Shown: positions 17,292-22,755 of the stretch, piece after piece
How the letters are laid out: every line of letters begins with the position of its first letter
Numbering within the stretch: the stretch's first letter is position 1
Notes under the pieces: generated by a model
Told to the model about the DNA's origin: nothing
The model's input: the letters and a program-made list of their open reading frames with translations, nothing else
Databases searched by the model: none
Position numbers and translations under genes: made by a program
Origin: Burkholderiales bacterium
Lineage (GTDB): Bacteria; Pseudomonadota; Gammaproteobacteria; Burkholderiales; Usitatibacteraceae
Direction: 5' to 3'
NCBI GenBank assembly: GCA_031424255.1
Contig: JANPHA010000231.1
Location: 1-22,755, forward strand
DNA: 22,755 nt

Positions 17292-17711
17292 CTAGTGCCC
17301 CGCAGCATAGGAGACGAGGCCTGCCAGCCAGACAATGGCCGGGACGATCAGCAACCATTGAAAATCGGAGTGGAGCGCGAAGTTGGTCGCGCTCATGAGC
17401 ACAACGGTAAGCGCACCGGAAAGGGCGATGGCCCAGGATGTGCCCCTCAACCGTGAAGGCATGGCGACCGCGGCAACGAATACGGTGAGCACGCCGGCGC
17501 CTGCCATGAATCCGCCCATGACCGTGAATACTCGTTTCAACCACCCTTCGAGGCCCGGCAACGCCGTCCGAAGGTCACCCAAGGCCGCGCCCATGAATCG
17601 CGCATCTTCCGCTAACAAGGGCGGCCGCAAAAAAATGAAGTAGAGACCCAGGCCCGCGAGCCAGACTCCGCACGCGACCAGCATCCACATCGAGATTCGA
17701 TGGCTGTGCAT
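17292..17711 (-). CDS. Small integral membrane protein (about 4 TM helices), unknown function
   Basis: 139 aa from the ATG at 17711. The residues upstream in the track ORF are polar, low-complexity and unlike protein. There are four hydrophobic spans: MWMLVACGVWLAGLGLYFIFL, VFTVMGGFMAGAGVLTVFVAAVA, WAIALSGALTVVLMSATNFAL and WLLIVPAIVWLAGLVSYAA. The stop is 4 nt before the methyltransferase-like start. Confidence 0.5.
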   Translation of the reverse strand: MHSHRISMWMLVACGVWLAGLGLYFIFLRPPLLAEDARFMGAALGDLRTALPGLEGWLKRVFTVMGGFMAGAGVLTVFVAAVAMPSRLRGTSWAIALSGALTVVLMSATNFALHSDFQWLLIVPAIVWLAGLVSYAAGH

Positions 17712-17865
17712 ACCGGCTTTCGGCTGCGGCCGGCTCCCTGGATAAGTTTGAATTCGATTCGTGCTCAACGCGGGCTCCAGGACCATTGGACAGGACGTTC
17801 GCCCGTTTGTATGTGCGGTAGGCGACGCACCGGCGGGGCCTTTTTCGCGGTAAGCTTTCGCTCCC

Positions 17866-18180
17866 ATGCGCCCCTTCCGCCGCCTCGGTTTCGCCCTCTG
17901 GATCGCGCTGTCCCTGCTCGTGGGGCAGCAGGCGGCGATGCTGCACGGGCTGGGGCACGCGAAGGCGGAGATCTCGCACCCGCAGGATTCGAAAGTCCCG
18001 AAGCCGGCGTGCGACGAGTGCTACGCGTTCTCGCAGCTCGCGAGCGTCATCGGCGCGAGCGCGCCGACCCTGCCGCACGTCGCTTCCGTCCACGAGCTCG
18101 CCGTCTTCTTCCGCGATCTCGGCAATCCCACCGCGGCGCGCCTCGCGTTCCGCTCCCGGGCCCCTCCCGTCCTCCTCTGA
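17866..18180 (+). CDS. Small membrane-anchored or exported His/CxxC protein (DUF2946-like), paralogous in layout to 9080-9496
   Basis: 104 aa. Layout: MRPFRR plus hydrophobic segment LGFALWIALSLLVG, a His pair MLHGLGHAKAEISH, a CxxC (ACDECYAF) and a C-terminal RSRAPPVLL. It is the first gene of the tight operon 17866-22088. No clear Shine-Dalgarno. Confidence 0.55.
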   Translation: MRPFRRLGFALWIALSLLVGQQAAMLHGLGHAKAEISHPQDSKVPKPACDECYAFSQLASVIGASAPTLPHVASVHELAVFFRDLGNPTAARLAFRSRAPPVLL

Positions 18181-18240
18181 CTCGTTGTGGTTGCGCCGCG
18201 ATCGCGCGGCGCCTTTCCATCCGACTCGAGGAGACATGTC

Positions 18241-19608
18241 GTGTCCACGCTCTTCCGTGTGCCGGCCATCGTGGCCCTGGCACTGCTGTTGGCTCCCGGC
18301 GCCCGCGCCGCGAGCGACGCCGATCTCGACGAGATCCGCGCGCAGATCCGTGAATTGAAATCCAGTTACGAGGCGCGCATCCAGGCGCTCGAGCAGCGCC
18401 TGAAAGACGCCGAGGCGCGCTCCGCCGAGCCCGCACCGGTGGCGGCCGCTCCCGTCACCAGCGCAAGTGCCGCCAGCTCGGCGAGTGCCTTCAACCCCGC
18501 GATCTCCGCGGTGCTGCAGGGCCGCTACGCCAACCTGTCGAGGGACCCGTCGGTGTTTCGCATCGCCGGCTTTCCTTCCGGCGGCGATACCGGCCCGGGG
18601 CGCCGCGGCTTCAGCCTCGGCGAATCCGAGGTCGCGCTCACCGCGAATGTCGACCACAAGTTCGCGGGGAATCTCATCGTCTCCCTCACGCCGGAGAACA
18701 CGGTGTCGGTGGAGGAAGCCTATGGCCTCTTCACCGCCGCGCCCTACGGGCTGGCGCCGAAGTTCGGGCGCTTCTTCTCCGGCATCGGATACCAGAACGA
18801 GCAGCACCAGCACGCGTGGGATTTCATCGATGCGCCGCTCGCCTACCAGGCCTTCCTCGGCGGGCAATACGCGAACGATGGCGTGCAGGTGAAATGGGTA
18901 GCGCCGCTCGAGCACTTCGTCGAGCTCGGCGCCGAAGCCGGCAACGGGGACAATTTTCCCGGCACGCCGCGCAGCAAGAACGGCGCGGGATCGGGCGCAG
19001 TCTATGTGCACACCGGCGGCGACATCGGCACGAGCCACAGCTGGCGCGCGGGCCTGTCGTACCTGCGCACCGGCGCCGAGGCGCGCAACGATGCGCTGGT
19101 CGACACCTTCGGCAACGACGCCTTGACGAGCTTCACCGGAAAGAGCCGCCTTGCCATCGCCGATTTCGTCTGGAAGTACGCGCCCAACGGCAACGCGTAC
19201 GAGACGAATTTCAAGCTGCAGGGCGAATACATCCGACGCACCGAAAGCGGCGATCTCACATATGCATTGGACGGCGTTGCGGGCTCCGCGAGCACCGCCC
19301 GTTACGCCGCGCGCCAGAGCGGCTGGTACTTGCAGGGCGCCTACCAGTTCATCCCGATGTGGCGCGTGGGCGCCCGCTACGACCGGCTCGACGCGGGCAG
19401 CGTGGACTATGGCGCGAATGCCGCGTTCCTGCCGTCCTCCTCGTTCAATCCCGAGCGTTATAGCGTGATGCTCGACTGGACGCCGTCGGAATTCAGCCGC
19501 GTGCGCCTGCAGTTCGCGCAATCGAAGACCCAGCCGGGAATCACCGACAACCAGGTGTTCCTGCAATACATCCTGAGCCTCGGCGCCCACGGCGCCCACA
19601 AATACTAG
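18241..19608 (+). CDS. Outer-membrane beta-barrel protein with N-terminal coiled coil (porin-like; family not identified)
   Basis: I chose the GTG at 18241 (GAGGAG at 18228-18233, 7-nt spacing) over the track GTG at 18187. Signal peptide VSTLFRVPAIVALALLLAPGARA. A heptad-like segment DLDEIRAQIRELKSSYEARIQALEQRLKDAEAR follows. After it come about 380 aa of alternating hydrophobic, Gly/Tyr-rich strands ending in an aromatic residue (...LSLGAHGAHKY). It is too short for a plugged 22-strand TonB-dependent receptor. Confidence 0.65.
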   Translation: MSTLFRVPAIVALALLLAPGARAASDADLDEIRAQIRELKSSYEARIQALEQRLKDAEARSAEPAPVAAAPVTSASAASSASAFNPAISAVLQGRYANLSRDPSVFRIAGFPSGGDTGPGRRGFSLGESEVALTANVDHKFAGNLIVSLTPENTVSVEEAYGLFTAAPYGLAPKFGRFFSGIGYQNEQHQHAWDFIDAPLAYQAFLGGQYANDGVQVKWVAPLEHFVELGAEAGNGDNFPGTPRSKNGAGSGAVYVHTGGDIGTSHSWRAGLSYLRTGAEARNDALVDTFGNDALTSFTGKSRLAIADFVWKYAPNGNAYETNFKLQGEYIRRTESGDLTYALDGVAGSASTARYAARQSGWYLQGAYQFIPMWRVGARYDRLDAGSVDYGANAAFLPSSSFNPERYSVMLDWTPSEFSRVRLQFAQSKTQPGITDNQVFLQYILSLGAHGAHKY

Positions 19609-19616
19609 GAGCCGCG

Positions 19617-20522
19617 ATGAGATCGCTCGTTCGTTGGTTTTTCGCCGTGCTCGCCGCGGCATCCGCCGTTCCGGCATTCGCCGACCTGAGCGTATTTGCC
19701 ACCGTGCCCGAGTGGGGCGCCCTCGCGCAGGAGCTCGGCGGCGAGAAGGTGAAGGTGTACGCCGCCACCAACGCGCTGCAGGATCCGCATCATGTCGAGG
19801 CGCGCCCGAGCCTGATCGCGAAGGCGCGCGGCGCGGATCTCGTCGTCGCGACCGGCGCCGAGCTCGAGGTCGGCTGGCTGCCGCTCGTGCTGCAGCAGGC
19901 CGGCAATCCCAAGGTGCAGCCGGGCAGGCCGGGCTACTTCGAGGCGGCGGGCTTCGTGCCGTTGCTCGGCAAGCCCACGCGGCTCGATCGCGCGGAAGGC
20001 GACGTGCACCCGCAGGGCGATCCGCACATCCAGACCGATCCGCGCAACATCCTCCTGGTCGCGGCACCGCTCGCAGCGCGCATGGCGGAGCTCGACGCGC
20101 CGAACGCGGCGTTCTACCGCGAGCGGCTGAAGGATTTCTCCGAGCGATGGCGCTCGGCGCTCGCGCGCTGGACGCAGCAGGGCGCGCCGCTGGTGGGCGT
20201 GCCGGTGGTGGTGCAGCACAAGGCCTTCACGTACCTCATCGCGTGGCTGCGCATGCGCGAGATCGCGGCGCTCGAGCCCAAGCCGGGCATCGAGCCCACC
20301 ACCAGCCATCTCGCCGAGGTGCTCGCGTTGCTCGAGCGCGAGCCGGCGAAGATGGTGCTGCGCGCCGCATACCAAAGCGATCGCGCGTCGCAGTGGCTCG
20401 CGGAGCGCGGCAAGATCAAGGTCGTCACGCTGCCTTTCACGGTCGGCGGCACCGAGGGGGCGCGCGATCTCTTCGGCCTCTATGACGACACGCTGCAGCG
20501 CCTGCTGAAAGGGGCGTCGTGA
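19617..20522 (+). CDS. ZnuA/TroA-family (cluster A-I) periplasmic metal-binding protein, no His-rich loop
   Basis: 301 aa with an AGGAG 5 nt upstream. Signal peptide WFFAVLAAASAVPAFA. Family metal-ligand blocks present: LQDPHHVEARPS, GDPHIQTDPRN and VVVQHKAFTYL. The fold length is typical for the family. Confidence 0.85.
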   Translation: MRSLVRWFFAVLAAASAVPAFADLSVFATVPEWGALAQELGGEKVKVYAATNALQDPHHVEARPSLIAKARGADLVVATGAELEVGWLPLVLQQAGNPKVQPGRPGYFEAAGFVPLLGKPTRLDRAEGDVHPQGDPHIQTDPRNILLVAAPLAARMAELDAPNAAFYRERLKDFSERWRSALARWTQQGAPLVGVPVVVQHKAFTYLIAWLRMREIAALEPKPGIEPTTSHLAEVLALLEREPAKMVLRAAYQSDRASQWLAERGKIKVVTLPFTVGGTEGARDLFGLYDDTLQRLLKGAS

Positions 20523-21292
20523 GCATCACCGCGCTCGACCTCTCGATCCTGCTGCCCGCGTTCGCCGCGGGCCTGCTGGTCACCGCGACCCACGTGCCGC
20601 TCGGCATGCAGGTGCTCGCGCGTGGCATCGTTTTCATCGATCTCGCGATCGCGCAGATCGCGGGCTGTGGCGTGCTGCTCGCCGACCGGTTCGGCTTCGA
20701 GTCGGAGGGAGTGGCGGTGCAGGTCGCCGCGTTCGCGGCGGCGCTCGCCGGCGCCTTGCTGCTTACCTGGACCGAGCGCATCTGGCCTGAGGTGCAGGAG
20801 GCGGTGATCGGCGTCGTGTTCGTGCTCGGCGCCACGGGCGGGGTGCTGCTGCTCGCGAGCAATCCGCACGGCAGCGAGCACCTGCGCGATCTCCTCGTCG
20901 GGCAGATCCTCTGGGCGCAGCCCCTGCGCCTCGCGTGGGCGGCGGTGGTGTACGCGGGCGTGCTCGCGGTGTGGTTGCGTTGGGGCGAGCGCATCGGCCG
21001 CGTCGGTTTCTACGTGCTGTTCGCGCTCGCGGTCACCGTGTCGGTGCAGCTGGTCGGGCTGTATCTCGTGTTCGCGACACTGATCGTGCCGCCGCTCGCG
21101 ACCCGCCGGATGGCCCGCGGGCGCCTCGCGGCCGCGTGGGCGATCGGCGTGGTCGGCTACGCCTCGGGGCTCCTCGTTTCCACCGCGTTCGATCTCCCGA
21201 GCGGCGCGGTGATCGTGTGGGCGCTGGTGGCTGTAGGATTGGCCTCCTACCCCGCAACACGAGGCCGCGGCACCGTTGTCCGTAACGCTTGA
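20519..21292 (+). CDS. ZnuB-type (ABC-3 family) metal transporter permease
   Basis: 257 aa and very hydrophobic, with about 8 TM segments. ABC-3-like blocks: GLLVTATHVPLGMQVLARGIVFIDLAIAQIAGCG and YLVFATLIVPPLATRRM. The GTG start overlaps the binding-protein stop as GTGA (20519-20522). Confidence 0.85.
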   Translation: MSITALDLSILLPAFAAGLLVTATHVPLGMQVLARGIVFIDLAIAQIAGCGVLLADRFGFESEGVAVQVAAFAAALAGALLLTWTERIWPEVQEAVIGVVFVLGATGGVLLLASNPHGSEHLRDLLVGQILWAQPLRLAWAAVVYAGVLAVWLRWGERIGRVGFYVLFALAVTVSVQLVGLYLVFATLIVPPLATRRMARGRLAAAWAIGVVGYASGLLVSTAFDLPSGAVIVWALVAVGLASYPATRGRGTVVRNA

Positions 21293-22088
21293 AAGGGAGT
21301 TGCAGCGCGCGCGCCGCCGATTCGGGATCGCCGTCGGCGTTTCGCTGCTGGCGCACGCGCTCTTGCTCGCGCTGCCCGCCAAAAAACCGGTCGAGCTGAT
21401 GACCAAGGCGCCCGGCCCGATGCAGGTGACGATCGTGCACGAGCCGCCGGTGGCGCAGAGCCAGCCGCAGCCGCTGCCGGTTCCCGAGCCGGTGCCGCAT
21501 CCCCTGCCGCGTCCCGTGCCGCCGACGAAGCCGCGCGATGTCACTCCGCCGAAGGTCGAAGCGATGCCGGTGCCGACGACACCTCCACCGACGCCCTCGC
21601 CCGCGCCGCAGGTGGACATGATGGCGTCGATCAACGCGCGCCGTGAGCGGCACCGTGCGGAGGAGGCCGCGGCCGCGCGCGGCGATCCGGGCGGGCCCAC
21701 GGCGCCGGCCGACCTCGCGCAGGAGAACATCAACCGCAACCTGCAATCGCTCGGCGGCGGCGACGAGGGCGTGGGCGGCGTCTTCCAGATCCTGCGCAAG
21801 GGGTCGCGCACCGCGGAGTTCGCGTTCAACGGCTTTCGCGGTGAATCGCGCAAGCAATGGCGCGAGGTGATCGAGGTCGATGCCGGCGACGGCGGCGATA
21901 TCGAGCGCGCCATCGTGCGGCGCATGATCGGCTTGATCCGCGAGCACTACACCGAGGACTTCAACTGGAATTCCCATCGGCTCGGCCGCGTTGTCGTGCT
22001 CTCGGCGCGCCCCGCCGACCAGCCCGAGCTCGAGGACTATTTGATTCGCGAGTTCTTCGGCACCCCCACCCTCGGGCGCACGCGTTAG
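21276..22088 (+). CDS. TonB-like protein: TonB-type N-terminal anchor and Pro-rich spacer, non-canonical C-terminal domain
   Basis: 270 aa. RRRFGIAVGVSLLAHALLLAL matches E. coli TonB PRRFPWPTLLSVCIHGAVVAGL, with the same RRF-x6-S-x3-H spacing. PMQVTIV compares with TonB PISVTMV. The Pro-rich spacer is PQPLPVPEPVPHPLPRPVPPTKP...PTTPPPTPSPAP. The last ~150 aa lack the usual TonB C-terminal signature. The TTG start at 21276 is uncertain, and an in-frame TTG at 21300 is an alternative. Confidence 0.6.
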   Translation: MSVTLERELQRARRRFGIAVGVSLLAHALLLALPAKKPVELMTKAPGPMQVTIVHEPPVAQSQPQPLPVPEPVPHPLPRPVPPTKPRDVTPPKVEAMPVPTTPPPTPSPAPQVDMMASINARRERHRAEEAAAARGDPGGPTAPADLAQENINRNLQSLGGGDEGVGGVFQILRKGSRTAEFAFNGFRGESRKQWREVIEVDAGDGGDIERAIVRRMIGLIREHYTEDFNWNSHRLGRVVVLSARPADQPELEDYLIREFFGTPTLGRTR

Positions 22089-22168
22089 CCACAATCGTTA
22101 CCAATCGTAACGGCGCGCACGCCGCCGGTGCGCACAATGAGGCGATCTCCATCGCGGGAGCGCCTTTC

Positions 22169-22681
22169 GTGAAAATCCTCCTCGCGCTGCTCGCAGCGCT
22201 GCTCGCCCCTGCGGCTTTCGCGCAGGCGCCTCCGACGTACGGCTGCGACACGCCCGAATCGAAGCTTCTCGATTTCTGGCTCGGTGACTGGGAGTTGAGC
22301 TACGTAGAGGGTGGGGCGCCGGTTCGCAGCCGCAACCGCGTGAGCAAGATCCTCGGCGGGTGCGTGATCCTCGAGGAATTCTCCGGCGCGCCCGGCACGC
22401 CGCTCGACGGCAAGAGCTTCTCCACCTACGACCGTGCGACGCGCCAGTGGAAGCAGACCTGGGTCGACAACACCGCGTCTTACCTGGATTTCACCGGCAG
22501 CGCGCGCGACGGCAGCATGTTCTTCGCGCGCGAAGCGCAGGGCCCGGGCGGCAAGTTCCTGCAGCGCATGGTGTTCCGCGACATCCAGCCAGACCGATTC
22601 AAGTGGCTCTGGCAGCGCTCCGACGACGCGGGCCGCACCTGGTCCACGCAATGGGACATCGACTATCGGCGCGTGAAATGA
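22169..22681 (+). CDS. Small secreted protein, unknown function
   Basis: 170 aa from the GTG at 22169 (GGGAG at 22156-22160). The 104 upstream codons in the track ORF overlap the TonB-like gene and the intergenic hairpins. Signal peptide VKILLALLAALLAPAAFA. The mature part is rich in Trp, Asp and beta-strand-like segments (DFWLGDWELSY, WKQTWVDN, FKWLWQRSDDAGRTWSTQWDIDY). Confidence 0.6.
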   Translation: MKILLALLAALLAPAAFAQAPPTYGCDTPESKLLDFWLGDWELSYVEGGAPVRSRNRVSKILGGCVILEEFSGAPGTPLDGKSFSTYDRATRQWKQTWVDNTASYLDFTGSARDGSMFFAREAQGPGGKFLQRMVFRDIQPDRFKWLWQRSDDAGRTWSTQWDIDYRRVK

Positions 22682-22755
22682 AGCAGTCTAAAATGACGGT
22701 TTATCCGCTCTCGAAGGCCTTCTTGTCCGTTATGACGGTCATGCGGTTTCCAGAG

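Noticed and set aside
17712-17865. I looked for a Zur, Fur or CueR-type operator in the divergent intergenic region upstream of the ZnuAB-containing operon. The only palindrome is GAATTC within GATAAGTTTGAATTCGATTCG.
   Set aside because: The flanks of GAATTC are not symmetric. Identity to the Fur consensus (GATAATGATAATCATTATC) is low by eye, and no ACCTTCC/GGAAGGT dyad is present. I cannot support a call without a position-weight-matrix scan.
17575-20067. 830-aa minus-strand ORF antisense to the small protein, OMP and ZnuA-like genes. Other overlapping ORFs include 17700-18353, 19605-20375, 19634-20485, 20480-21925 and 21033-22094.
   Set aside because: They are shadow frames with Arg/Pro/Ala-rich translations. 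The plus-strand genes have signal peptides, Shine-Dalgarno sites, start/stop coupling and family motifs.
1-22755. I searched by eye for transposase, integrase or recombinase ORFs, terminal inverted repeats, CRISPR-like spaced repeats, and tRNA or rRNA genes.
   Set aside because: All sizeable sequence is accounted for by the listed genes. The non-coding gaps (about 155, 67, 154, 80 and 74 nt) are too short or lack the required structure. None can be supported.

Overview
High-GC Gram-negative (proteobacterial-type) chromosomal segment with no rRNA, tRNA, CRISPR or mobile-element genes that I can see. It has four blocks. (1) The 5' end of a phosphoglucomutase gene, divergent from a giant 2869-aa cyclic beta-1,2-glucan synthase (NdvB/ChvB/Cgs-like). 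(2) A co-directional periplasmic copper-handling cluster: a His/Cys-rich small protein, a small exported protein, a TolC-family outer-membrane protein, a Tat-exported multicopper oxidase, a cupredoxin and a CusF-like protein. (3) A convergent copZ-cueR-copA operon on the minus strand, driven by a textbook CueR (MerR-type, 19-bp spacer) promoter. A methyltransferase-like gene and a small membrane-protein gene lie upstream of it. (4) A tightly packed five-gene plus-strand operon: a second His/CxxC small protein, a coiled-coil plus beta-barrel outer-membrane protein, a ZnuA-like binding protein, a ZnuB-like permease and a TonB-like protein, with no ABC ATPase. A small secreted protein follows. 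The best candidate for something undescribed is block 4, an ATPase-less envelope-spanning metal module. Also unusual are the efflux-partner-less TolC protein and the two-domain-sized oxidase with a Met-rich tail in block 2. All family assignments come from motif reading by eye and need HMM or BLAST confirmation.
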